64,000 nucleotides of DNA. Source: Spirochaetia bacterium. GTDB taxonomy: Bacteria > Spirochaetota > Spirochaetia > CADAEX01. The translations under genes were made by a program, and so were the position numbers. The stretch is taken from the NCBI GenBank assembly GCA_963662795.1, contig OY759746.1, positions 1,088,001-1,152,000 on the forward strand, written 5' to 3'. The notes under the pieces were generated by a model. It was given only the letters and a program-made list of their open reading frames with translations, was not told the origin of the DNA and searched no databases. Within the stretch, counting starts at the first letter, position 1. Each line of letters begins with the position of its first letter. Shown here piece by piece: positions 46,866 through 56,441 of this stretch.

Positions 46866-48257
46866 TTAACCAATCAGTTTTTTAGCCTTTTCAAGATATG
46901 GACCATAAACTTCTTCATCTGTCGGCACATACTCAGGTATAGGAACAGCCATTCTCGTGGTATTCATAAAATGCCTGTAGTTGATGTTATCGCTGTGACT
47001 GTTGCCTGTCCATGTTCCGCAGCCGATTGTTGTTGTAAATTCGTGACCGGCGAAAAAGCTGCCGCTGTTTACAATTGTATTCGGCATATTGATATTTACC
47101 CTTCCGGTTGGAATATATTCGGCAAGCCTTTCCCACTGCTGGGGTTTTGCGGAATGAAGTGCGCATGAATGCCCGATTCCGGAGAAGAGCAGATTCTTTT
47201 TGAGAGTTTTGATTTCCTCTTCAAAATCTGTCCATGTCCATACGGTAAGGACAAGGGAGAGCTTTTCATTTGAAAACATGTCTTCAGGTCCGATTTTTTG
47301 CCCTTTTACCATAATGAATTTTGTCCCTTCAGGAACAGAAATGCCTGCAATTTTTGCAATATTCTGAACAGAAGATGCAACAATATCCCTGTTAAGGGTG
47401 TGTCCGTCAGGCCACATTGCTTTTCTGAGTTTTTCCCTGTCTTCATCGCTTAAAAGGAATCCGCCTACTTTTTTAAGCTCTTCCATCATTTTGTCATATA
47501 CTGAAACATGAATCGATACAGCATTTTCTGATGAGCATGATGTTGCATTGTCAAAAATCTTTGATCTCATAACACAGTCAGCAGCTTTTGCAAGATCAGC
47601 TGAAGGATCAATAATTGCCCTTACATTGCCTGCACCTACGGTGATGGCTGGAGTACCGGCTGCATGAACAACCTTGATAAGGGCTTTTCCGCCTGTAGCG
47701 ACTGCAAAATCACATGTTGACATGAGTTCTACTGTTTTTTCGTTTGTAGGCTCTTCAATGCAGAGCATCAGATCCTCAGGAGCTCCGAATGCCTTGAGTG
47801 CTTTTCTTCCATATTCAACAGTTCTGAATGTAGACTGCTTTGTTCTCGGATGGGGCGAGCAGATCATGGCATTCCTTGTTTTAAGAAGTGAAAGGCCGAT
47901 AAAACAGGTTGTTATCGTCGGGTTGGTACAGGGGACGACATTGGCAACAACACCGATCGGTTTGGCGTATGTCTTGATTCCCTTTTCTTTATCATCTTTA
48001 ATGAGACCGCAGGTTTTCTTCCCTTTCATGTCCCACATTATTCCTCTTATCTTGTTAGCCTTTTTTACCTTGTCTTCATAAACACCCATTCCGGATTCGT
48101 CAACTGCAAGTTTTGCAACTTCGCGGGCAAAGTCTTCCTTCTGCCACTGCCATGCGACTACCGCAAGCATTTCATCAACCTTTTCCTGGGGCCAGAATTC
48201 TATTACCTCAAATGCTTTTCTGGCTCTGGCATACATCTCTTTAATATTATCAGCCAT
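46866..48257 (-). CDS. CoA-acylating aldehyde dehydrogenase (SauS/SucD/AdhE-N-like)
   Basis: PIGVVANVVPCTNP, ATGG, VGAGN, SKIFDNATSCSSEN (catalytic Cys), EKLS, GCGTW.GN..SDN; as recalled, closest to sulfoacetaldehyde dehydrogenase SauS. Confidence 0.85.
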   Translation of the reverse strand: MADNIKEMYARARKAFEVIEFWPQEKVDEMLAVVAWQWQKEDFAREVAKLAVDESGMGVYEDKVKKANKIRGIMWDMKGKKTCGLIKDDKEKGIKTYAKPIGVVANVVPCTNPTITTCFIGLSLLKTRNAMICSPHPRTKQSTFRTVEYGRKALKAFGAPEDLMLCIEEPTNEKTVELMSTCDFAVATGGKALIKVVHAAGTPAITVGAGNVRAIIDPSADLAKAADCVMRSKIFDNATSCSSENAVSIHVSVYDKMMEELKKVGGFLLSDEDREKLRKAMWPDGHTLNRDIVASSVQNIAKIAGISVPEGTKFIMVKGQKIGPEDMFSNEKLSLVLTVWTWTDFEEEIKTLKKNLLFSGIGHSCALHSAKPQQWERLAEYIPTGRVNINMPNTIVNSGSFFAGHEFTTTIGCGTWTGNSHSDNINYRHFMNTTRMAVPIPEYVPTDEEVYGPYLEKAKKLIG

Positions 48258-48285
48258 TTCCTTAAATCTCCTTGTTTACACCTGA

Positions 48286-48314
48286 CATTACCCCGGTAAT
48301 TTACCAGGGTAATG
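48286..48314 (-). other. Intercistronic stem-loop
   Basis: cattacccc-ggtaa-t-ttacc-a-gggtaatg between the lyase-like genes and the dehydrogenase; no T-tract. Confidence 0.5.
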
Positions 48315-48400
48315 GTTGTTTTTCAGATACTTAAATTCCTGTTGTGCAGGTTTATAACTGCAGGACGTTTGTAAAAACATCCTGCAGATTCATTAGAATA

Positions 48401-49465
48401 CTATTTTTTTGAAACACTGGCCTTTCTTGGGTCCTCAATAACATACGGTATAGAGTAAGCTGAACCTTTGAGTCTTTCCATTTCTTTCCAGCCTTTATCC
48501 CAATCCTTGGCAGTCTGATACTGTGTCCCTTTTTCCGGTCTTTCAGAAAGCGCAGGAACCGGCTTGTCAACCGGACCGTCATACCACTCTTTCGGAGTAA
48601 GTGTCTGGCCAAGAACGTCTGAAGATTCTCTTTCCATCTCTTCAATTGCATGGGAACCTGCAGCAAAGGCCCTTGTAACTGACAAAACACACCAGGCAGC
48701 ATCGCTTGAAAACTCAAGCTCCATCATTGCAGCTGACATTGCTCCTATCATATCGACTTCCACATAGCCAATCTTTTCCTTGGCAGCTTTAACTATTTCT
48801 TTCATAAGTGGAACATATCTGAGTTTTTTTACGCCTTTAAGTTTTTTCTCTGCAAAATCAAGAAGCTTTGAAGGTGTTGGATCTTTTACATAAAGATCTG
48901 AAACACCGAAATGGTCTTCATACTTGCATTCATCTACGCAAAGTTTTGCAGCATCTGCAAGACTCATTCCTTCTTCTACTTTTGCAGCATATTTTGCAAG
49001 CATCTTTCCTGTTGCGTCATATGAAGCATAGGAGTGGCCGAAAGCAAGAACTGAACCGCCGCAGGCCTGTGTTACATAAGACTTGCCTCTTGCGATAAGT
49101 CTTGCTATAAGGGCAGGATTTGAAAGTCCGTCTTCAAGGCCGAGAACCATTACATATTCAAGTACATCTTTCTCTTCCTTAAGAGGAATTCTTGCCTGAT
49201 AATCAATAAAGATAATATCACAAGTACCATAACCTGCTTCAACAAGTTCTGTTGTGTCATAACCTCTTGTGACAATCCTGTGGATATTCTTGTAGGCAAC
49301 TTCAGATACCCATTTAAATCCTTCACGGTTGTCCGGGGGAAGTGTACCGACCTCCCTGTTTGTATAGTCAAATTTCAACTTTGGACTTGCAAGGTTTCCA
49401 ATAGTAGGTCTCTTTGCAAATTTCATCTGTCCGATTCTTTCATCTGAATGTTTTACAGCGCCCAT
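48401..49465 (-). CDS. Citryl-CoA lyase-like (citrate synthase fold) protein, subunit B, catalytic residues degenerate
   Basis: IVTRGY..TEL, RIP, EDGLSNP, VLAFG, DPT, DMIGA, TRAF..GSHAIEE; clearly paralogous to the upstream ORF. Confidence 0.75.
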   Translation of the reverse strand: MGAVKHSDERIGQMKFAKRPTIGNLASPKLKFDYTNREVGTLPPDNREGFKWVSEVAYKNIHRIVTRGYDTTELVEAGYGTCDIIFIDYQARIPLKEEKDVLEYVMVLGLEDGLSNPALIARLIARGKSYVTQACGGSVLAFGHSYASYDATGKMLAKYAAKVEEGMSLADAAKLCVDECKYEDHFGVSDLYVKDPTPSKLLDFAEKKLKGVKKLRYVPLMKEIVKAAKEKIGYVEVDMIGAMSAAMMELEFSSDAAWCVLSVTRAFAAGSHAIEEMERESSDVLGQTLTPKEWYDGPVDKPVPALSERPEKGTQYQTAKDWDKGWKEMERLKGSAYSIPYVIEDPRKASVSKK

Positions 49466-50349
49466 CTTTTATATTCTCCTGATTCTAACTGTTTCTTTGC
49501 ATAAGCCTGTCTTTCTGACATAGGAGGCACTTCCCTGTCTTCCGGACCCACATATTTGATCATGGCGAGGTCAAGCATCTGTACCATCGGTTCATTTCTT
49601 GATGCAGCCCAAGCCCTTCCTTTTTTAAGTGTATAAAGAGCGTGACATGCGCAGCTGAAACCTCTGGTCACACAGCCGATAACCCATGCTGCATTCGGAG
49701 CAAAACCCATATCAGCAAGTGCTACGTTTCCGGCTCCTACCATGTTAACTGCTACATAAGCTCTTCCTTCAGCAGCTCTTCTTGCGTAGAATTTCTCTTC
49801 AAGTGCTCTCTGGAATTTAAGGTAAACACCGCCTACTCCGAGTTCTTCCTGTTTGAGGTGTGTCGGTTCAGCTCTCGGATCACCGTCAAGGTGCTGGGGC
49901 TGTCCCATTCCCATAACCGCAAGGCCTGCATCCATGTACTCTGTTACGCATTCACCGGCAACCTGCTCAGGTGTTTTATCCTGTTTGACTGCCCTGTCAA
50001 GATATTTCTTGATCATGTATCCGTGAGCAGCTCCGGGTCCGTGCGCTCCGCCGAATGTCATTATTGATGATGCTACAGCCGCGGGAAGCATAGGGTGACC
50101 GTTAATAACTGCAATAGAACTTACTGCAGAAGGCGACATAGAGTGCTCAAGAAATTCAGCAACTTCGTAGTCAAGCATGGCTCTTTCATTTTCCGCAGGA
50201 ATCCTTCCCTGAAATAGCACAAACAGTGCGTCGGCAAAAGTGTAACCTGCCTCGGCAAGATCACTTACATTAAAACCCCTTAAAACTGTCTTTTCTTCTG
50301 TCTTGTAGGAAATGGCAGTTTTTCTCTGGATCAATGGTTTCCGATCCAT
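49453..50349 (-). CDS. Citryl-CoA lyase-like (citrate synthase fold) protein, subunit A
   Basis: KTAIS...LRGF..SDL, GRIP, EHSMSPS, FGGAHG, GMGQ, DPR, NMVGA, TRGF..ACH; SD aggagga. Confidence 0.8.
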   Translation of the reverse strand: MDRKPLIQRKTAISYKTEEKTVLRGFNVSDLAEAGYTFADALFVLFQGRIPAENERAMLDYEVAEFLEHSMSPSAVSSIAVINGHPMLPAAVASSIMTFGGAHGPGAAHGYMIKKYLDRAVKQDKTPEQVAGECVTEYMDAGLAVMGMGQPQHLDGDPRAEPTHLKQEELGVGGVYLKFQRALEEKFYARRAAEGRAYVAVNMVGAGNVALADMGFAPNAAWVIGCVTRGFSCACHALYTLKKGRAWAASRNEPMVQMLDLAMIKYVGPEDREVPPMSERQAYAKKQLESGEYKRWAL

Positions 50350-50456
50350 TATCTCCTCCTATAAATTTTGACTCCAATAATATAATGACCCTGTCTGCAG
50401 CTGCATTATTTATCATTATTCACTGCAAATTAAGATCAATCATTTTTCTATAACAA

Positions 50457-50522
50457 AAGTTAGATTATTCAATACATAATGTCAACTTATTTATATTCAT
50501 TACTTTGATAACTGAGAGTTAT
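50457..50522 (-). promoter_or_regulatory. sigma70 promoter with two LysR-type ATAA-N7-TTAT boxes
   Basis: TTGACA(50485-50480)-N17-TAACTT; ATAATGTCAACTTAT (50476-50490) overlaps the -35; ATAACTGAGAGTTAT (50508-50522) lies at about -65. Confidence 0.7.
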
Positions 50523-50691
50523 TAAAAAGCGGTTTTTGCGGGTAAATTTGACCTGCAGGGGCAATTTAGCTGCATTTTCCAAATTTTTAAAACTGAGGTT
50601 TAAATCTGTATAGCAGACATTTATTATAACAAACAAACTATACTATTTTGCATTTTTATATTATTATGGGTGTTAATAAAAAATCGTTATT

Positions 50692-50722
50692 AAAGAACAA
50701 CTGCACCGCAGTTGTTCTTTTT
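50692..50722 (+). terminator. Terminator-like hairpin just upstream of citrate synthase
   Basis: aaagaacaactgc-acc-gcagttgttcttt then tt; 36 nt before the start codon. Confidence 0.55.
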
Positions 50723-50758
50723 CCTTTCAAAAGCAGATATTTTCATGGGGAGAACACA

Positions 50759-52102
50759 ATGAACAGTGATTTTATAACAAAAATGAATGCCTTGGTTATT
50801 GCAAACAATAAAATCGACCCTGAACTGTATAAAAAGTACAATGTAAAAAGAGGACTCAGAAACAAGGACGAATCAGGTGTACTTGTCGGACTTACTGAAA
50901 TCGGCGATGTCCACGGTTATCTTTTTGATGAGGGAGAAATGCTGCCTGACGAAGGGAGACTTCTTTACCGCGGTATAAATATCAAGGATTTAGTAAAAGG
51001 AATGATAGCAGATGACCGCCACGGCTTTGAAGAAACAACCTACTTTCTCCTTTTCGGCGAACTTCCTTCATCTGACCAGCTTGAAGAATTTAATATTGTC
51101 CTTGATTCCTACAGGAACCTGCCTAACGGTTTTGCAGAAGACATGATAATGAGGGCGCCAAGCCGCGATATCATGAACAAACTCGCCAGGAGTGTTTTGG
51201 TATCATATTCATACGATAAGGATGCTGACGATATCAGTATTAAAAATGTACTGCGTCAATGCATAGAACTGATTGCCCGTCTTCCGACTATGGCGGCCTA
51301 CGGCTATCAGGCTAAATCCCATTATCACGATGGCAAAAGTCTTGTTATCCACAAGCCTAAACCCGGAATAGGAACAGCCGAGAACCTTCTGCATCTTATC
51401 CGCAGCAACAGCGAATATACAAAACTTGAAGCCCAGGTCCTCGACCTTGCCCTCGTTCTTCATGCAGAACATGGAGGGGGCAACAATTCTACCTTTACAA
51501 ATCATGTTGTCACATCAACAAATACAGATACCTACGCTGCAATTGCTTCCGCGTTATGCTCCATGAAAGGCCCCCGGCACGGCGGTGCAAACAAAAGAGC
51601 CCTCAATATGATGGACAATATTATGGAAAATGTTAAAGACTGGAACAATGAAGATGAAATTTGCGGATATCTTGGAAAAATACTGAAAAAAGAGGCTTTT
51701 GATAAAACAGGACTTATTTACGGTTACGGACATGCAGTTTATACACTTTCAGACCCGAGAGCAGTACTGCTTAAAGCCAAAGCGGCAGAACTTGCTGAGG
51801 AAAAAGGACTTGATAAGGAATTCAACCTGTACAGGAATGTTGAAAAGCTTGTCCCTGAAGTTCTTTTCAAAGAAAAAGGTTATGAAAAAAAGATATCGGC
51901 CAATGTTGATTTTTATTCCGGCTTTGTCTACAGGATGCTGAACATCCCTACAGCGCTTTACACTCCAATTTTCGCGATTGCGAGAATGGCCGGCTGGTCT
52001 GCCCACAGGATTGAAGAGCTTATAAGCGGAGGCAGAATAATCAGGCCTGCATACAAGAATGTTTCTGAAAGAAAGGAATACGTTCCTCTACCTTCAAGAT
52101 GA
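50759..52102 (+). CDS. gltA: Citrate synthase (Si-type; citrate/2-methylcitrate synthase family)
   Basis: GRLLYRG, HAEHGGGNNST, GPRHGGAN, GYGHAVY, DPRA, ANVDFYSG, AIAR, IIRP; start ATG 50759 with SD ggggag. Confidence 0.92.
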   Translation: MNSDFITKMNALVIANNKIDPELYKKYNVKRGLRNKDESGVLVGLTEIGDVHGYLFDEGEMLPDEGRLLYRGINIKDLVKGMIADDRHGFEETTYFLLFGELPSSDQLEEFNIVLDSYRNLPNGFAEDMIMRAPSRDIMNKLARSVLVSYSYDKDADDISIKNVLRQCIELIARLPTMAAYGYQAKSHYHDGKSLVIHKPKPGIGTAENLLHLIRSNSEYTKLEAQVLDLALVLHAEHGGGNNSTFTNHVVTSTNTDTYAAIASALCSMKGPRHGGANKRALNMMDNIMENVKDWNNEDEICGYLGKILKKEAFDKTGLIYGYGHAVYTLSDPRAVLLKAKAAELAEEKGLDKEFNLYRNVEKLVPEVLFKEKGYEKKISANVDFYSGFVYRMLNIPTALYTPIFAIARMAGWSAHRIEELISGGRIIRPAYKNVSERKEYVPLPSR

Positions 52103-52159
52103 TAAGTGAAATACATTGATTTTACTTTTGGGGTAAAACAAGAAAGAAAGGAAAAAAAA

Positions 52160-53956
52160 ATGAGATTTTTCAACCTGAGTTCAATTAAAGCCAGGATATT
52201 TATCGGATGCCTGTCGCTGATGTTTATTTTCAGTATCGCACTTGGTTTTATGCTCTACAGCAGCGAAAGAAACACTAAAACAGTAAATTATGTTACCGAA
52301 CAGCTGGTTCCTGTAACAGTTGAGCTTCTGGACCTCCGGAATCAGATAAAAGAACTTGAAATGCTTTTTTATGATGCATCGCTGGCAAAAGACAATAAGT
52401 CGATTGCGCTTGCCGAATCAATTTATGCAGACATTCTGTTAAAAATAAGCAATATAAGGACAAACCTCGACGGAACAAAATTCAGTGACATAGCAGATCA
52501 CTTTGAAGCATCAGAAAGTGTTTATACAATGTTCTATGATGAAGGGATAAAAATGGCTATGGCATATATGAACAAGGGAGATGATTACGGCAATTCCCTT
52601 AAAAAACTCGGATTTGCCCCCTTGTCTACACGGCTGCAGGATGAAATTCAGTTAATCGTTACCCGGTTAAAAAAAGAACTCTCAGAGACAACGGTTGCAG
52701 CCGGAAATGTCATGGAATTCTCCAGGAATATTACAATTATCCTTGTTGCCATAAGCATAATTATATCCCTTTTCATGGCAATGCAGATTGCCAATTCACT
52801 TTCCAAACCCATAAGTGTAATGATAGACTCAACAACCAGAATTGCAGAAGGAGATCTCTCCGTTCTTCCCGTATACAGTAAAAAGGATGAAATAGGTAAA
52901 TTCTATGAGAATTTTGCAACTGCGATAAACAGCCTGAAGAACCTTATTTTTGAAGTAAAAGACGCATCCGGAAATACTGTAAACATAAGTGAGAGGATAA
53001 TCGCATCTGCCTATGAGACATCAGGAAACATAGAAAGCATACTGCAGCTGATTGCATCTGTAAAAGAACTTTTTGGATATCTTTCAAAAGCAGTCAGCAC
53101 AACCTCCGAATCTGTTGAAAGCATCACTAAAAACATTAATTCACTTACAGAAATGATAAATGATCAATCTTCGGCAGTTACACAGACATCAACATCACTG
53201 GAAGAACTTTCTGCCACAATAAATAATGTTAATAATATCGCAAATACAAACCTGGAAGAATCGCGTGAATTAACACAGATAACGGTTCAAGGGGGAGAGA
53301 AAATAGAAGACACAAAAATCATAGTAGAGGAAATAGCCAATCTTGCCTCTGACATGTATGAAATACTTGAAATTATCAACAATGTAGCACGGCAGACTAA
53401 TCTTCTTGCAATGAATGCTTCCATTGAAGCGGCCCATGCGGGAGAATTCGGTAAAGGCTTTTCTGTTGTTGCAGACGAGATCAGAAAACTTGCTGAATCA
53501 ACAAGTGACAACTCAGGTAAAATAAACAGTCTGCTTGAAATGATAAATGGAAAAATAGCAGCTGCTACCAGCATTTCAGGCGAAAGCCAGGCAGGATTTG
53601 CCGCAATCGACACAAAGATGGTGAAATTTATTAACGCCTTTACAGAGATAGCCTATAACATGAATGAAATGTCTTCCGGGACAGGAGAACTTAACCAGGC
53701 CGCATCCAGCCTTGCCGGTATAACAAAAAATATTGAAACAAGCGCTTCAGGTATAAACTCAAGAACAGAACAGATTGCCAAAATCATCGGACAGCTCAAT
53801 TCGACATATAATGAAACGAATACCGCTATCACAGAAATTGACAGCGTAGTAAGAAATATTCAGGATTCAATGAAGAACCTTGTCAAACTTACCGGCAACA
53901 ACAGTGATATCGTAACCCAGCTGGACAGTGAAATAAACAAATTCAAGCTTGTTTAG
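52160..53956 (+). CDS. Methyl-accepting chemotaxis protein
   Basis: Two TMs, helical sensor domain, HAMP (KKDEIG), QTNLLAMNASIEAAHAGEFGKGFSVVADEIRKLAE. Confidence 0.95.
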   Translation: MRFFNLSSIKARIFIGCLSLMFIFSIALGFMLYSSERNTKTVNYVTEQLVPVTVELLDLRNQIKELEMLFYDASLAKDNKSIALAESIYADILLKISNIRTNLDGTKFSDIADHFEASESVYTMFYDEGIKMAMAYMNKGDDYGNSLKKLGFAPLSTRLQDEIQLIVTRLKKELSETTVAAGNVMEFSRNITIILVAISIIISLFMAMQIANSLSKPISVMIDSTTRIAEGDLSVLPVYSKKDEIGKFYENFATAINSLKNLIFEVKDASGNTVNISERIIASAYETSGNIESILQLIASVKELFGYLSKAVSTTSESVESITKNINSLTEMINDQSSAVTQTSTSLEELSATINNVNNIANTNLEESRELTQITVQGGEKIEDTKIIVEEIANLASDMYEILEIINNVARQTNLLAMNASIEAAHAGEFGKGFSVVADEIRKLAESTSDNSGKINSLLEMINGKIAAATSISGESQAGFAAIDTKMVKFINAFTEIAYNMNEMSSGTGELNQAASSLAGITKNIETSASGINSRTEQIAKIIGQLNSTYNETNTAITEIDSVVRNIQDSMKNLVKLTGNNSDIVTQLDSEINKFKLV

Positions 53957-53962
53957 GTTTTA

Positions 53963-55606
53963 TCAATTCTCATATATGTTTCTTGCCAGGGGGACCCTTC
54001 TCCCTATTCCAAAAGCCCTCGGTGATATTTTCAATACCGGCGGCGCCTGTACCCTTTTATGCTCTGATCTTGCCACAAGAGAGATAACAGAGCCCACAAG
54101 TGCATCATCGAAACCGTATCTGACAATTTCTTCCCTTGAGCAGTTCTCAACAATATAAAGCTTAAGAATTTCATCAAGAATAGAATACGGCGGCAGCGAA
54201 TCCTCATCCTTCTGATCAGGTCTGAGTTCCGCGGATGGGGGTTTTGATATTATCAACTGTGGAATTATATTCCCTCCTTTTGTGTTGATATACCTGGAAA
54301 GAGCAAATACATCTGTTTTGAAAAGATCTCCGATTATTCCGATCCCGCCTGCCATGTCGCCGTACAATGTACAGTAACCGGTTGACAGCTCGCTCTTGTT
54401 GCCTGTCGTGAGAAGCAGCGATTTCCACTTATTGGAATACCCCATCATGAGCGTTCCCCGTATTCTTGCCTGAAGGTTTTCCTCTGCAAGATCAAAAGGT
54501 TTTCCCCTGAAAAAGGGAGCAAGCTGCTTTATGAACTGATCGTATATTGGTTTAATAGGTATGGTTTCAAGTTCAAGCCCGAGATTGGAAGCAAGAAGCC
54601 GGGCATCTGTAATACTTCCTTCAGATGAAAACTCGGACGGCATGGCAAATACTTTGACATTTTCCTTTCCTATAGCCTTAACAGCAAGTGCTGCAACCAA
54701 AGCAGAATCTATCCCTCCCGAAAGGCCCAGATGGACTTTTTCGAAGCCGCATTTGCCGAGATAATCCCTTAAACCCAGAATCAAAGCTCTTTCAATATCA
54801 CTGTAGTAATCTTCTTCAAAATTAATCTTTTTATAATTTTTTTCTGTATCATAAATAAATAAATCTTCCTCAAATCCCTTTCCCGAGATGATAAGGCTGC
54901 CGTCTCTGTCTGATACCATTGAATTCCCGTCAAAAATAAGACTGTCATTTCCTCCCACAGAATTAACATAGACAACAGGAACAGCCCCTTTTCTGCTTAT
55001 ACTGCTTATCAGATCGAATCTTGTTTTTCTTTTACCAGCAAAAAACGGAGAAGCAGAAGGAGAGATAATAAGCTGAGCCCCCTTATCAAGCAGTTCTTTC
55101 ACAGGGTCATCCTCATACCCCTGTCTGAAACCGTCAGGAGAATGGCGCCACAAATCTTCACATATTGCAATTCCTGTTTTTATCCCGCAGATATCAAATG
55201 TTTTTCTTGAGGATGCTGATTCAAAATATCTTGATTCATCAAAAACATCATACGAAGGCAGAAGGGTTTTTGCCTGGCTGAAAATAATTTCTCCGTTTTT
55301 TATAACACTCACATTATTGCAATAGCTTTTCCCTTTGCTGTTCAGATTACGGGAAACATGCCCGACAGCCGCCGCAATTCCGGCAGGAATATCTTTCTGA
55401 AGCCTCCGTAAAGATTCTTCATTCTTTTCATAAAAAATATCCTGATCAAGCAGATCGAGAGGCGGATAGCCGCACAGGGCGAGCTCGGGAAAAATAACCA
55501 GATCAGCGCCTTCAGCCAGCGCCGTTTTTATGTATTTCAGTATTTTTTCCCTGTTGCCTGAAAAATCGCCGATAATTGTATTTATCTGTACTGCTGCAAT
55601 TTTCAT
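53963..55606 (-). CDS. nadE: Glutamine-dependent NAD+ synthetase
   Basis: Nitrilase domain (FPEL, ICEDLW), GLSGGIDS, ENLQARIRG, TGNKSE, PSAELRPDQKDEDSL. Confidence 0.96.
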   Translation of the reverse strand: MKIAAVQINTIIGDFSGNREKILKYIKTALAEGADLVIFPELALCGYPPLDLLDQDIFYEKNEESLRRLQKDIPAGIAAAVGHVSRNLNSKGKSYCNNVSVIKNGEIIFSQAKTLLPSYDVFDESRYFESASSRKTFDICGIKTGIAICEDLWRHSPDGFRQGYEDDPVKELLDKGAQLIISPSASPFFAGKRKTRFDLISSISRKGAVPVVYVNSVGGNDSLIFDGNSMVSDRDGSLIISGKGFEEDLFIYDTEKNYKKINFEEDYYSDIERALILGLRDYLGKCGFEKVHLGLSGGIDSALVAALAVKAIGKENVKVFAMPSEFSSEGSITDARLLASNLGLELETIPIKPIYDQFIKQLAPFFRGKPFDLAEENLQARIRGTLMMGYSNKWKSLLLTTGNKSELSTGYCTLYGDMAGGIGIIGDLFKTDVFALSRYINTKGGNIIPQLIISKPPSAELRPDQKDEDSLPPYSILDEILKLYIVENCSREEIVRYGFDDALVGSVISLVARSEHKRVQAPPVLKISPRAFGIGRRVPLARNIYEN

Positions 55607-55724
55607 AAATAAACCTCTTTTACAAAAAATATATTATAAAGGGAAAAATCACAACACTACAATCAATACATGGATATCGCTTTAATTGACATGTGCGTTG
55701 AATAAAATATAAAATCAAATCTCT

Positions 55725-56396
55725 ATGGAAGAATCAGTATTTATCGTTGATCAGGGAACAGGAAGCGGAAGAAAAATATCGGATGCCTTTTTATCAGGCG
55801 GCTACAGGGTTATAAGAACAGAAATTGAACCTTCGGACAGTCCGCAGCAAAGTGAAGATGACAGGTTTATAAGGCTTAAATGGAATTGTTTTTCACCATT
55901 TTCATCAAAAAATGTTATTCTTGGCCTCAGGCTCTATAATGAAATTAAATATTCAATAATAATTTTTTCATCCCCGGAAACAGATATGCCTTTATTCAGG
56001 CAGAATCATGCAGAAATACAAAAGTCGATTGATTTTTATATTAAAAGCCAATTATTGATTACGAGAGAACTTCTGGGGGAGCTTTCAAAACATAAACAGT
56101 CCCGCCTTTTTCTGGTACTGGAATGCCGAGGCAATAGCACAACAGCGTACCGGCAATTTTTCAGGGCATTAATAAATGATATGCTGAATGAACAAAAAGA
56201 CAATGGAATAATAATAAACGCATTTGAGTCAGGGAAAGAAAGTGATGAAGCCTTTGCTAAATATGTTTACAGCACAATACGTGGCAGAGCCTTAAAATCA
56301 AAGGGGAAATGGTTCAGAAAATTCAGCTTTTTGAACTACATGCTGAATCCATTCGGTCTTGATATGTTCCACGTTAAAGAGGACAGGCAGGACTAA
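55725..56396 (+). CDS. Hypothetical protein, degenerate short-chain-dehydrogenase-like fold
   Basis: N-terminal VFIVDQGTGSGRKIS..F...GY.V resembles an SDR Rossmann start; no intact YxxxK. Confidence 0.55.
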   Translation: MEESVFIVDQGTGSGRKISDAFLSGGYRVIRTEIEPSDSPQQSEDDRFIRLKWNCFSPFSSKNVILGLRLYNEIKYSIIIFSSPETDMPLFRQNHAEIQKSIDFYIKSQLLITRELLGELSKHKQSRLFLVLECRGNSTTAYRQFFRALINDMLNEQKDNGIIINAFESGKESDEAFAKYVYSTIRGRALKSKGKWFRKFSFLNYMLNPFGLDMFHVKEDRQD

Positions 56397-56441
56397 CTGC
56401 CCCCGATTGACTTCCAATCCGTTATTATATATTGTTTTACT

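Noticed and set aside
46866-48257. Assigning the symbol sauS and a sulfonate pathway
   Set aside because: Similarity is family-level from memory; no sulfonate transporter, sauT or taurine/isethionate genes are in the window.
48401-50349. Reading the pair as ordinary citryl-CoA lyase, i.e. evidence of reverse-TCA carbon fixation
   Set aside because: Catalytic Asp and His are substituted, and no citryl-CoA synthetase or ATP-citrate lyase genes are adjacent.
36108-50349. Treating the phosphate locus and the lyase operon as one phosphonate-utilisation island
   Set aside because: Only adjacency supports it. They have separate regulators and terminators, and no phn genes are present. Kept only as a speculative option.
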